Below, piece by piece: positions 11,791 through 25,238 of a DNA stretch of 64,000 nt. The stretch lies in the NCBI RefSeq assembly GCF_001194135.2, contig NC_068981.1, positions 43,224,922-43,288,921 of the forward strand, read 5' to 3'. The stretch is from Octopus bimaculoides. Lineage: Eukaryota. The notes under the pieces were generated by a model. The model worked only from the letters and a program-made list of their open reading frames with translations. It made no database searches and was not told where the DNA came from. Positions within the stretch are counted from its first letter, which is position 1, and the number at the start of each line of letters is the position of its first letter. A program made the position numbers and the translations under genes.

Positions 11791-14700
11791 GAAATTACAT
11801 ATAACCTCATCATTCATCATTCATCATCATTCATCATTCATTATTCATCATCATTTCCATCTTTTGCTTTCTCTCATTTTGCATGTATACATATATACAT
11901 ATTTTGTATTTGATGTCCTTAATATATTTGATGTGTCTAATTTGCTTTTCCCCATTATTGCTTGTACACCCACTCAACCTGATCCCACTTTCTTTACTTT
12001 GTGGAATGATCACCTGTAAAGACATTGGAGTCTAAGTTTGAATCTTTTGAGCATTACTAAATGTCTTTTATGCAGAACACTCTTACAAATGGCTAGTGTG
12101 GTTGATTCTTCTTTTTATACCTACAAAAGCATTGCTTATATTTGTTGCATATACTGTTGTGTAAAATCCATAGATATATTCTAGAATACTGTTTGAAACA
12201 GAACATTCTTAATTTATTGATCAGACTAGTTACCATGTATCATATGTATAAAGCAGTCAAGCTAATTTACTTAAACTTTTAGTTAAAGTGGGTTTATAAA
12301 CATTGTCTCCATAGACAGTTAAAGTGGGTACTCAATCACTGATGAAATTTCAGCACAACATTGGAAATATTCTGGCTGATATTTTCTGTTTTTTTTTCTT
12401 CTGTCTATGAAGATATTTTGTATAAAGATAAAATATTTCTATCTGTGTTTCACATATACTTCTGGTTAAAATCCTATACTGTTGTACAATATAGTATATA
12501 TGTATATATATATATAGTGTGTTAGACTTTGCAGAGAGACTATTTTGGACTACCTTAAAGATATTTGAATATAATCTTGGATACATAAATTTTTCATCTC
12601 AGTGAACATTTCTTTTCTTATAATTACATTTATTTTCTAATAATTGCATTTATTTCTTATAACATTTATTTTCTTACAAAAACAGATAGTCAGAAAATAA
12701 CTTGAAAATGTTTTTTCATTTAAAGATAATTTATCCTTATCCTATTAAGTTGACATTTGTTTCCATAAATATATCAATGAAATTTTTCAAATAATATGTC
12801 TTCTGGTGTATTTGATTTCCACTAATGCTTTCAAACATTTTGTCTTTCAATCAAATGTTTCACTATGAATATGTCTTTCTACAAATGTGTCTTTTCACCA
12901 ATTTTCCCTTTTACCAGCATGCTTTCAATCAATGCATTTTTCGTATATATGTTCTCAATTAATGTGCTATACCTCATTTGATTTTAAGTTTGATTGACCA
13001 GGTCTGACCTTGGATAGGGCTTAACAATAACAATAAATGGCAATTGCTTAATATCTTATTTTTTATATTCTCATTATTGAAAATGAATGTTTCCAGTTAA
13101 ATGAAGGTCTGCAAGAAATTTAATAAGTGTTTTAGCAACAATGTGATACAAATGAATCCAAATATGCAGTCTTTGATAACGGGACACTGTTGATAATAAA
13201 TACATGCTAGCATTTTTCACAACACAAGCCAGAGGTTTAACACAGCAATATCAAAATATATTTAATCATTAAAAGAGAAGAGTGAAAATATTACTGTAAT
13301 AAAATAGTTTGCCAAAGCTTATACTTAAGATGCCAAGGAATGTGATTTATGTTTGTAAAAAAAAAAAAAAAATGCTGCATCTTAATACAATTTAAGCTAC
13401 TTTATAGAAAACAAGAGTTATTCTGAAAATACAGGCTTAAAACCAAATATTGTCAAAGGAATGTTAATGTGTTATGGGTAAACAGACAATACCTCATAAA
13501 CACTTAAAGACCTGAAATACAGAATGAGAACTATTAATCTAAAAGAAACAATCATAGAAGTGTCTCTACAAAGTTTTGCATAATAATGACAATGATCAGC
13601 TTCCATAAATTAAGCTCTGAGTAGTGACAAACAGAGGCAAATGTTTCAAATAAATGAATAAAATATATTACATATGCTGAATATCTTTAATATTATTTTT
13701 TTCTCATTTGTATGTACATTTTATTGTGTGCATATATATATGTATATATATATGTATATATATATATATATATANNNNNNNNNNNNNNNNNNNNNNNNNN
13801 NNNNNNNNNNNNNNNNNNNNNNNNNNNNNNNNNNNNNNNNNNNNNNNNNNNNNGATAAAAATCCAAGGCTGTGAAAGGTTTCTGCATCTATTGGATTTTT
13901 ACCTCATTCTGTTCATTTTTTTATATATACACATGCTGATATATAACCTACGTTGGACTCCTCATTCGCATAATCACTGAACCTGGAGCTTAACTATTGT
14001 CTGTCCATAGCACTTACTCAGCATTACCTGACACCTTTGGGTCTTATTGACACCATTACCTCTCATAACCAATATATATATATATGTATATATATTCTTA
14101 TATTTATACAAATTCATTCAAGTGTGATACAATCTTTCACTGAAGAAATAGTCCTGGAAACAATTCTCCATCTAGACATGAGTGAAAACACATTTTTTTG
14201 AGCTGTGAATGATGTCATTAAATTGTAGGACAAGTGCTTCTGTATTGTTCTGCTTCATCAGTAACAGAAACCAAATATGTCTTTCGTTGCTTGATAAGAA
14301 CAAAATTATTCTGTTAAAAGAAGGCATATGGAATGTTTGCTGAGGTACATAATGCATGATCAATCTAGAATTAAATGAATAATGTTACATGGAGTAGTGT
14401 TGAATAAAATCTGTGTAAAGTTATGTTTAACACATTTGAGAGCATTGAGACATCAAGAGTATTCAGACCTTTCATTGCAAACATTTTAACGGCTGAGTAT
14501 AATGTCATTGAATTGTTGGATGCATGCATTTCTGTGTTATTCCACATCTATTGGACTTTGCAAGTACAGAACTTCATATAATATTGTTTATAGAAAATGC
14601 TAAGATGATATTACCCTTTTGTTGAAATGGTATCATGCAGTGACACATGAATTCTAAACATTCAGGCACATATGCACATGCAGAAATGCACACACATATA

Positions 14701-15607
14701 CACAATCACATGTGATTGGCAGTGGTACATAGTAAATAGAATCCCTCAACTATATGAAATAATAAAGTTTTATAATTTAATTAGGATCATGCAAGCAAAT
14801 GATTTCACATAATTCTGAGTGTGCTTTATGCTTCTAAGATGTTCAGATTCTAGGATGCTATAGTAAAAATGGCTGTGGAGGAAGTGCATTCCATAAACAA
14901 GGACTCTCTTTGCACTGTGCAATCTTCTTTGCCACATTTAATCTGGATCTATAATGATAAAAGCTAATGCAACAGCCTTACTCCTTCATTAAATTACAAG
15001 TGAATTAGCAGTGTTTTAATTAATTAATTTACCATTTATATTTATAGTTCCCTTTAGCCAGCACTACCTGTACTGATGACTGCAAATAACCTGCTGGAAT
15101 ATACAATATTACAGCCACCGATGAAATCCAATTTCAAGGATTGAAATAGGTTCACCTGTTCCTTGTTCTTCTGCCCACAAAAAAATATTGTAAATATAGT
15201 TTACATTCATCACTACATACAGGGTTAGATACAAAAATCTATAGATTTATTCTACACTATAGTTCTACAACACAGCAATATTTCTTTATGTATAAACATT
15301 GATGAAACGTTAGACTTTTGTGTTCATGTGTTATTCAGCATTTCATGTTTTGTTGCATGCTCATTTTAAGGTTTATTCAAATAGTTTTAGAAATCCCAAT
15401 CAAATATGAGGACGAAGTTCATTCTTAGCAAGCGCTTAGTTGCATGTCTTTGGTATTCTAATTTTTACATTCTTTTAAGTATGAAAAAATATATACTGGA
15501 AAATACTAAACATGTCACAATGAACACAATATTATTATTAACTTTTTTGCACATATGTACATAATCACATACAATGTATGCATGTGTATGTATATATGTA
15601 TATATGC

Positions 15608-15653
<46 letters not shown>

Positions 15654-16069
15654 ATATATATTATATATGTGTATGTATATATGTATGTGTATATATATAT
15701 ATATATATATATGTACAGACACATATATACATATACACATTCACATGTGCGTTTATGAGTGTATTTGTGTGTGTATGTGGATGCATATGTAGGCATGTAT
15801 CCTGCCGCTGCCCTGTATATATTTTTTGATGCATCCACATGAGTATGTTTGCTTTGAATTTCATAAATTCAATATGGTGCTCTGAAGAGGAAAAATGAGA
15901 AACCACACCAAAACCCAGTTCTTAAAAGTAAAATAAAATAAAATAAAATAAAATACACAATAATTGAGGAGAGTAGAGAAATCAACAATCTAACCCCACT
16001 TTGTTGAGATTTATTTTTCGTTATTTGATATTTTTTCATCACCATTATTATTAAGAATAAAATAAACAT

Positions 16070-16091
16070 TTATTATTATCATTGATGTTGC

Positions 16092-16134
<43 letters not shown>

Positions 16135-16152
16135 ATTATTATTATTGTTATT

Positions 16153-16219
<67 letters not shown>

Positions 16220-16220
16220 G
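16070..16220. repeat. (TTG)n-(TTA)n compound trinucleotide repeat
   Basis: Directly visible. Confidence 0.95.
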
Positions 16221-16451
16221 TCAGTTTAGCTTTATACATTATATATTAAGGAAAGAAAATATTTGCTCTGATCTCTGACTGGAGATAAAAGTCTTCCTTG
16301 ATCTTTGGCATCAACAGTCATCCCTGCTGTGCTTTCAGGATATCACTATTCCATTGTAATATCGAGTTAAAAACTAAAAAAGGAAAGTAATTTAATAATA
16401 AATATACTCAAATGAAATAATAAAATAAAAAAATGTGCCCCACACTCCCAC

Positions 16452-16518
<67 letters not shown>

Positions 16519-17164
16519 TGTGTCTGTGTGCTTGTGAGTGTGTGTGTAGGTAAAACGTAGTTCAGATATTTTTTTCATCAGTAAATGAATTTGGCAACAT
16601 TTGTTAGATAATCTCATAAAGAATTCGAGCTTTCCGTTGTTTTTTTTTTTACACACAATATAAATTTGCTTTCTTTAATAATATTTTGTAAACAAGTTGG
16701 CTGCTTTTCTTTAGTCTTAGTTTTGTGGAATTTTTGCAATTTATATGTCCAATATGGTTGAATAGAAGTTTCATCAAATCATTCAATATTTCATTATTAA
16801 AGCACCTATCCCAGTTTATTTTATGATTTTATGGTTACAAAGTGTCAATAATTCAGACCTGGTGCCAAATTTTTCACCTTTCTTCTCTTTCCTTTTTTTA
16901 ATGTTGAATTCTATCTAAGCCAACTACAAAGCTATATTCTTGTTAATGCTAAATGAGCGTCGTAAACTGCTTTAACATACTTAAACCAAATTTATTGATT
17001 GAATTCAATTGTACAGAAATATTCAGCATTTGAAACCTTATTGACAAGTGAGACATAAGGTGAAATCTCCATCAAAACTTGTGATTAAAGTTCCTCTTTC
17101 TACATCGTTGACCTCTGACATAGCACTGATTACATTTCTAAGAAATTTGCTTCATATAATAATA

Positions 17165-17168
17165 TCAC
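17165..17168 (-). CDS. Candidate terminal coding exon (last codon base plus TGA) of the minus-strand host gene
   Basis: Strong acceptor gtttatattttattacag|G TGA. Phase-compatible with the exon ending at 19865, giving the C-terminus ...NRVFSIS*. Followed by about 5 kb without recognisable TEs. Confidence 0.35.
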
Positions 17169-17984
17169 CTGTAATAAAATATAAACACGTCAGAAGCAGA
17201 GATAATATTATCAAGTAGTTAAAGGATTTGGCTATCAGTTCCTCACGGGTTATGAGTTCAAATTAACTTGAGCCAATTCTTGATACAGGCTAAGTGTATA
17301 TATTATATTATGTACTATAAATACACTAACAAAAGTAATTAATAATAATCAGTTCTATCATTGATAATTAATATACTTATTAAATTATTAAATTAATTGA
17401 CGTAAATAAATACATAAAGTTTCGGTAAAAATAGAAAGGTGAAATTAAACTTATGTTTGCTTCAGTCATTGGATTGCTGCTAAGCTGGGGCAATGCTTTT
17501 AAGATTTTTAGTCAATTATATTAACCACAATGCTTTGTCTAGTACTTAGTTTATTGACTGTGTGACAGATTGATGACATAATTGACCTTGGTATAAAGAG
17601 ATTTAAACTATCAACCCAAAATATAGAAAACAAAATAATGCAGAGAAGTTATAGTGAATAGGTGAAGTCTCTTTAAAGTTTCTAGAAAAGCTAACCATGT
17701 GGCGCATGTGTATTGTGCGAGGATTTTCATGTGAGCTAAGTATTCCATCATCGGAAAGAGAAGAATAACTAAAGAATATCATTAAACAAGAATATTAATA
17801 GGTACCAGTTTACTGACTAAGGGTAGTCCAAAGTAGAAATATAATATTGGTTAGTAGTTTCATGGTTGAAGAATTAAAGAACTCCTTAGTAAATGATAAT
17901 ATTCATAAGCAGTTCTATTGTTGAGCTATAAAGAAAAATCCAAGATAAAGGATAATAAAAGTTACTCGGTAACTAGGTCAGTAG

Positions 17985-18995
17985 CAGAGGTGAATGCTCC
18001 GAGAGTGTAGCTGCAATAATAAAAATAGGCTGGGCAAAGTTCAGAGAGCTCTTACCTCTGCTGACAACAAAGGGCCTCTCGGTCAGACTGAAAAGTAGAC
18101 TGCATGATGCCTGTGTGCAAACAGCCATGCTACATGGCAATGAAACACAGGCTCTGACTGCCAAGGACATATGTAAGCTTGTAAGAAATGAAACTAGCAT
18201 GATCCACTGGATGTGTAATGACAGTGTGCATACACGACTGAGTGTCAGCATCATGAGAGAAAAGTTGGGCATAAGAGGCATCAGATGTGGTGTGCAAGAG
18301 AGATGACTGCACTGGCATGGTCATGTGATGCATATGGATGGGAATTGCTGTGTAAAGAAGTGTTGCACTCCAAAGGTGGAGGGAACCCTTGGAAGACGTA
18401 AACTCATGAAGACATGGTGAAGTCTATCTTCGAATGTTAGACCTCACAGAAGCAATGACAAGTAACTGAGACCTTCGGTGGTATGCCATACTTGAGAAGA
18501 TCTGTCAAGCCAAGTGAGATCATGGTCATGGCTGATACCAGTGTCACGTAACTGGCCCATTAAAAGCACCCTTCAAATGTCGTGTTATATGCTGTGCTTG
18601 CGAAGACTTTTTAAGCCAAGTGAAATCGTAGTCATGGCCGATGCTAGTGCTGTCTGACTGGCACCCGTGCCAGTGGCACATAAAAGCATAATTTGAGCAT
18701 TGAACCTCATGGAGACAGTAACAAGTGAATGAAGCTCTTGGCTATATACCATGCTTCTGTAGACCTATCAAGCCAAGTAAGACTGTAGTCATGGCCAATG
18801 TTGGTGTCATGTCAATTGCACCCATGCCGGTGGCATGTAAATGGCATCCACTACACTCTCAGAGTGGTTGGTGTTAGGAAGGGCATCAGCCATAGAAACC
18901 TAGCCAAATCAGATTGGAACCTGGTGCAGCTTACCAGTTTTCAGTCATACCATCCAACCCATACTATCTTTGAAAACAGACGTTAAATGATAATG
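17985..18995 (+). mobile_element. 5'-truncated RTE LINE (RT C-terminus, 3' UTR, tail)
   Basis: Reads ESVAAIIKIGWAKFRELLPLLTTKGLSVRLKSRLHDACVQTAMLHGNET...REKLGIRGIRCGVQER, then three UTR modules and the (GAT)n-type tail. Confidence 0.9.
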
Positions 18996-19237
18996 TTGAT
19001 GATGATATATAACATAAAACAACATCTGAAACATCATAACTAGTCTTGTGGTTTCATTGAGGAATGTTTTGCCTGAAAGTACTTAACAAATATTCATAGA
19101 CATTTCTAATTATTATTTGAGGCTAAAATACCAATCTATAGAATGAAAGCTTAGAAGGAAAGAATTAAGTTTGGCTACATGATATAATGGAAATATGCAT
19201 GAACTTAATTCAGTGTCCTGTCATACATACCGTTCTG

Positions 19238-19279
<42 letters not shown>

Positions 19280-19864
19280 ATGCGCACATACATACTGCCA
19301 ATTAGTCAGAGAGAGAGAGAGAGGGAGAGAAAGAGGGGAGAGAGAGAGAGAGAGAGATTGAGAGAGGAATCTATAAAGTGAAAGCTTAAGAAGGAATGAG
19401 TTAATTTTTGCTTCATAGTATAAAGGAAATATGAATAAATTTACTTGAAGAGTTCTGCTACATACACAGACATAGGCACACACACACATGTGTGTAAGTA
19501 TAAATATGTTCATACAAATACAAATATTTTTACATAAATGTAGGCTCTCAGCTGGGAATATATATATATTGAAACTTTCATAAGTGTATAGTTATAATTT
19601 AGGCAAGAATTTCAATCAATTAGTGCGTGCAATGTTTTAATCATCTGGCATTGTAGTGACTAGGTTTCTGATACACATGGCATATTACCAAAAATATTTT
19701 AGCAACTAATTTTCTTGTGTCTCTAGGGATTAGCTACTGTAATTTTTCAGACCTAAAATTAAGACATTAGATGCTAGACAATAGGCATCATTTCCAGTTC
19801 TGAATTATATCTGTCAAAATATTATAGTGTAACAGAAATTACTGAGAAAAATTAATTATCATAC

Positions 19865-19984
19865 GAAATTGAGAAAACTCTGTTTTGACTGTCATCATCA
19901 TCATCATCCTCATGATTGTCATGAGCTCTTTCATCATCTAGGTCTTCTTCCTCCTCATTACGTCCACCATTAACAGCAGCACTG
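19865..19984 (-). CDS. Internal coding exon of an unidentified host gene (acidic, probably disordered segment)
   Basis: Acceptor aactttcattatag| (NAGNAG tagcag), donor tc|gtatga, 120 nt, phase 2-2, open frame SAAVNGGRNEEEEDLDDERAHDNHEDDDDDDSQNRVFSIS. Not attached to any RTE tail. Confidence 0.62.
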
Positions 19985-20381
19985 CTATAATGAAAGTTAA
20001 ATTTAATTATCACTATTGTTGTTGTTATTTAAGCCAGGTTAGTTCTGATTGGCAATTCTGCTACGTGATCATCTTGAATATTATTTTTATATAGACATAT
20101 TATATCTGACTCTACATTATCTAATGTGTCCTTCCCTTCTGAAGATAATAGTATGTGTGATTTGTGAATGATCTCACTGCTATTTCTACCACATCGAGTT
20201 ACCATGTAGGAACTATTGTCTTGCTGGTTTTGGCTGGACAAGCACATCATTGTTTATTTTAATTAATTCATTGTCTAACGTCCTTGATTTGACTTCAAAT
20301 ATTCCTTTCTCTGCTTTTCTTGACCTGTATTTAGCACAGCTATCCTAAAAAATAGTATTCAATGATGCAAGCTTTTCTTAC

Positions 20382-20428
20382 TTCTGCTGATTTTCTTCTA
20401 CAAAAGCATGGTTTGAACTACTGTTCAA
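20382..20428 (-). CDS. Candidate 47-nt upstream exon
   Basis: Acceptor atttattatcaacag|, donor aa|gtaaga, frame LNSSSNHAFVEENQQ(N). Phase 0 to 2, so it joins 19984 in frame. Confidence 0.28.
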
Positions 20429-20544
20429 CTGTTGATAATAAATTGCTGATTTTATTCTTTTTCTGATTGGCCATCTTTTTAAGATGGTATTAATTCATTG
20501 ACTCCATTACTTGACTGTTACTACATTTATTGGCCTAAATAAAT

Positions 20545-20795
20545 AAAAGAAACTTGCTACAAGGCGAGTGCACAGCAAGAGAGATCTTCTGAAGAAGAAC
20601 TCCCATCCAGCAAGTGTTTTGGCCCTTATACCTGATACTCTACAGGAGCCAGGCCCACCCAAGTCATGACTCCTAGGTGTCCTGATGCTTTCCAAAATCC
20701 TTTCTCCAATGGGATTTGAACCTTGGTCATTCTTTTTGTGAACTTATGTTCCCAGGTCTGTATTTCAGCCCACTAGGCCACTCTGACTGGCGAAG
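20545..20795 (-). mobile_element. tRNA-derived SINE-like element, single copy in this window
   Basis: A-box TGGCCTAGTGG (20770-20780) and B-box GGTTCAAATCC (20712-20722) on the minus strand, followed by a GC-richer body. Confidence 0.6.
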
Positions 20796-21521
20796 GAATC
20801 AGTTCTCATCTTCCTTATATTACCTGTAAATAACCAATGGAATCCATAACTTTGCCGATATCCACATTGAGCTCTTTTCAGCAACATCAGACAAGTGTCT
20901 GATTGTGACAGTTCTTCTGAAACCTTAATAGGATAGAAGACAAAATCAATATGAATGAGATTCAACTTCAGAATAAAAAAAAACAAACAAAAAAAAAACA
21001 TAACCAGATACCACAAGGTGTTTTTCTCAAGCACTTTACCAATTCTGTTATCCATACCTATATTCATTTCTTTAGAAATCCAGCAACACCATCACAAACA
21101 CTGCTCCTGCTATGAAGCAAGCATTTTGAAAAAAAAGGTTGCATTTGAAGCAGTTTGGCTATATTACTGGTACTATTCATTGATTTTGTGCAAATCATGT
21201 TTTATGCCTGATTATCCTTACTGTTACCAATCACTTTATAGCATAGACTAAATACATTTTATTGCATCAGTAGCACTAGAGAGTTTGTTTGTCAGGACTT
21301 CAGTGTTTCCTCTATATATACCAGCTTATAATTAGAGTTAGACGGTTGGTTGGTGGTGTTCACAAATTCTCTCTGTATGATTAGGAAAGTAATTTTGTAA
21401 ACTTAGTTATTTAGAGTGCCCAATCTCCTAGATGGTTCAGATTTATTACAACTGTAAGGCCATCTTTTTTCATGATGTAAGGAGGGTAATTAACTACACA
21501 AAAGGAAATCTCATTACTTAC

Positions 21522-21614
21522 CAAGGGAGCTCTAGCTGTCTGAATCAGACGCCTGAGATCAATGGAAACTGTCATCTGCTTTGGACAACCACTGTAAGGG
21601 ATCCCTCCCTCTTT
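21522..21614 (-). CDS. Candidate 93-nt exon
   Basis: Acceptor atttattatattag|, perfect donor ttg|gtaagt. Only frame 0 is open (KEGGIPYSGCPKQMTVSIDLRRLIQTARAPL); phase 0-0 fits 20428. No homology recognised. Confidence 0.25.
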
Positions 21615-22499
21615 CTAATATAATAAATGCGAAAAGCAATATTTGTGTGTCAGTGTGTCAAACTTCGACCCCTTCTCTTACTATTCATTGACACTCCTAC
21701 TATTGCTGGTGTTGGGGTGAGAGTAATAGTAGGCATAGAGATGGCGAGGGCAGTGGTGAAGACAAAGAGAGAGAAAGAAAAAGAGGGGGAGAAAGAGAGA
21801 CGAAGAAATTTAGGGAGAGTTGATGATGTTTTTATTATAAGTAGTAGTGTTGATGGTGGCAGTGGGAATAATAATAAGAGAGAGAGAGAAAGAGGGGGTA
21901 TGTGAGAGACAGAAGGACTGACCACTGAACTAACAGGATGAAGAAACATATTGAATGAACACACACATTTCGCCTTTTTGTGATGGTAATGGGGTGATAG
22001 TAATAGTAAGAGCTGCAGTTGTGATAGAGGTGGAGGTGGTGGTGGTGGTGGTGGTGGCTGAGGGGATGAGGGATGAAGTGTGAGTAAGTGATGTGAAAGA
22101 CAGTGGTGATGGTGATGGAGGGGAAGGTGGTGAAGTCAAAGGTATTGATGGTAGTGGTGTCAGAAGTCTGTATAGTGTGTGTAAAGCAGATGTGATGGCG
22201 ATGGTGGAGGTACTGTTGTCTATCATGCAGCTTTGCAATAAGTTCCAAGTCAACAAATTATATCATTGTTTTAATGAAAATTGTTCGTTGCTTGAAAAAT
22301 ATTGTTGCAGTTTAATAAAATTTAATATGTGCTCAATGCATGAAGTGTCATTGTTGGGCCCAAGACCCAATGAAGGGCCCTCCACAGGAGCTAACTTAAA
22401 AGGCAACCTTACACCCATTTATTCAAACATGAACTCATGCACATACACACACACACGTGTGTGTTGTGTGTGTGTGTCTGTGTGTGTGTGTATGTGTGT

Positions 22500-22533
<34 letters not shown>

Positions 22534-23479
22534 CTGTGTGTGTGTACATACAAGGGACAAACCAAATCATATACACTGAATAAAGTTTGTACATTAAACA
22601 GAATAATATTGAAACATTTTGTCTACACAATGTAGACTAAAGTGGACATAGCGCTTTGATTTACTATGTCATTAATTGATTAAGTATTCGATAAAACAAC
22701 AGGAACTAATATAATTCACTGAATTCTTCAGAGGTAGTGTCTCAGCTTAACCACAGTTCAAAGACTGAAACCAATAAAGAAGTAAAAGAATATTGACTTT
22801 GGATTGATGACACTTTGAAGGATCTGAAATCACAAAATAGAACCAGAAAGACAACACTAAACACCTTTAAACATTTAATCAAGTTCCTTACTGTTCCTCC
22901 AACTCCAAACTAGCCATTCCACTTACTAACATCTAAAGCTGTTAAATTCCCTTTAAACTTATTTCATGAAGCTTCGAAATTTTTGTTGCACAAATACCCA
23001 CTGCTCATTAACACAGTCCCCCTGCAGTGTAAGTGACCCGATCACAATTATGCAACAAATATTTTGACACTAGAATAATCATATCAAAATTTACATTGAA
23101 TTTAGTAACTTTGTGGCCTGAATGGCTATTTCACAATATAGCTGCTTCAGTTTTAACAAAGTCTCATATCAAGTCACTTACTAGACAGTATAACTTCAAA
23201 ATTTCCTGTTTCTGCTTACTGACTGTTCTTTTAATGCCTTTTCTAATGCCAACCACTTTACAAAATGGACTGGTTGCTCTTTTTGTACCACCTATACATT
23301 TGAGGTCATTGTGCATTTTTCAGGACTATGAGCCGTGTGGAAGGTAGGGAGTCAGCTTCATGCTAGAGGATGAAGGGATTACTATGAGGGAGGAGGTCAA
23401 AGCAGGTTCTTACAGAGGATCAACATGGCCACTCATATTTAGTATGGGGGATTGGAACTGCAAGACATAGATGATGGTA

Positions 23480-23920
23480 ATGAAGGGCTCAGGTGGCCCC
23501 ACAAGGCACAAGCTTAGTAGAAGTGGTTGGGTGGTTTGTAAGATTGTATGGGAAAGTGAATATGGAGTGGGAAGACAGATTGCCAAAGTGGGTAGGTTTG
23601 AAATATAGATGAAACAAGAACCATGAGCTGTGGAAGGTAGAGGAATGTAGAAGAGTTGGGGTGGGGAACAGTAGGAGTAGTAAATATGATGCCATCACTG
23701 ATGGGAGTGGGGGTCCTTGAAAGACAAGTGAATGATGTGATATGATTGAAAAATCTGTAGAGCCAGGGGGAAAAGGAAGGGCAGGCATAATGTATGGTGG
23801 GGAAAGAGACATGGTAAGGGATGGAGAATCCAAAACATGGCATTAATGACAATCTTTTTTGATATCTATTACATAAATTTTCTATCTTTCTAGGAGACCC
23901 CAATATGAAAGAGACAGGTG
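23480..23920 (-). mobile_element. Degenerate CR1-clade-like LINE 3' end
   Basis: ORF-track peptide ...LCNRYQKRLSL...YPLWQSVFPLHIHFPIQSYK resembles the decayed CR1-type C-terminus (LDRIQKRA...LWNSLP..VFP..YN). Confidence 0.5.
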
Positions 23921-25124
23921 TATGAGTGATTAAATTGAGCTGTGGTATGTAACTGGTTCTTATTTTTGTCATCATCATCGTTTGGCATCCTCTTTCCATG
24001 CTGGCATAGGTTTGACGGCTTGATGTGACTTGGTTTCTATGGCTTAACAGAATGTGCTGGGTGCTTTTTATGTGCCACTAGCATGGGTGTATTAATACAG
24101 CACTAGGATGGCTTGGATGTGTGGAAGTCAGTTATTTTACGTAGCTTGATGCATTTATGAACTACAAAAGGGTGACAAATGTAGGCAACTTTGTTGTCAT
24201 AGATTAAATATATGTTAGTCCTCTAAACAATTCATGTTAGTCCTTAAAACAATCTCTGATTACACATAATCCTGTTATTACCATCTAAACATTTTTTTAC
24301 AGATACAGTGTATCTTAGACATTACTATGTGATGTGTCCTTCCATTTTTAAGAAAGTAAGGTGTGTTTTAAGGGGGATTTAAGACATGCTGTTTCTTGAC
24401 TGCCCAAAAATAACATAGGGGCTTCCTGACTGGCATGGTTTGAACTCAGAATGTAGAGAAATATAAAAAGATTTATTTCTCAAATGATATATCATTTTTA
24501 CCATTCAACCTCCTTTCCAATATTTAATATTCATAAAATAAATAACTAAAATAGTGATTTTTCTTTTCTCATTTCTCTATTTAAACAACATCTTTGCCAT
24601 CATTCATGCAAGAATATAGATTGGGCTGATAAGCAAATTTAATTATCAGATTAGATTTTGTGGCTTCCTGAAACAATTTTTCAAAATGCACATTGCTAAA
24701 TTTTAGGGAAAACATCAGTATTTGATTAGAATTTAACACTACAAGCTAGAGGAGTATATATTTATTACTCAATACTCGACATTTTAGCAGTAAACTTGCA
24801 AAACACAACACTTATTTACTTTTAGAATGAGTTAAATCTAAGGATACAGAGAATACAGAACAATATAAGTAACAAAATAAATACAAAGCACTGAGTTATT
24901 GAATGAACCTATATTTGACTATCCTAGAAATAGCAGCTAAATCTTCCTACAATAAATCCCTAAAATATGATAGAAACCATTAATCCTTCAGTCTATATTT
25001 TATTAACATAGATTATCAACGCTCTTTCAGTGTTCAAAGTAAATGTAGGAGTTTCAATGTGGTTACTCAACTTACTGGAAATAGTAACCAAAGCTTTTTC
25101 AACTCATTTTTTTTCTTCTTTTAG

Positions 25125-25238
25125 AGCCACAACTGAGATGTCTCACAATGCTGTGCCAAAGATCTTTACCCACTTCCTATTAGCTCTGGTTGATCCTCAG
25201 TTTCATGTTGCATGCCTCTGTCAATTACATCAATGCAA
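25125..25238 (+). other. Candidate plus-strand exon, coding status unknown
   Basis: Very strong acceptor ttttttttcttcttttag|, donor caa|gtgagt, 114 nt. Only the phase 2-2 frame is open (ATTEMSHNAVPKIFTHFLLALVDPQFHVACLCQLHQC). Confidence 0.3.

Noticed and set aside
20382-20534. 153-nt exon from the strong upstream acceptor at 20535
   Set aside because: Stops in all three frames; only the shorter 47-nt version stays open.
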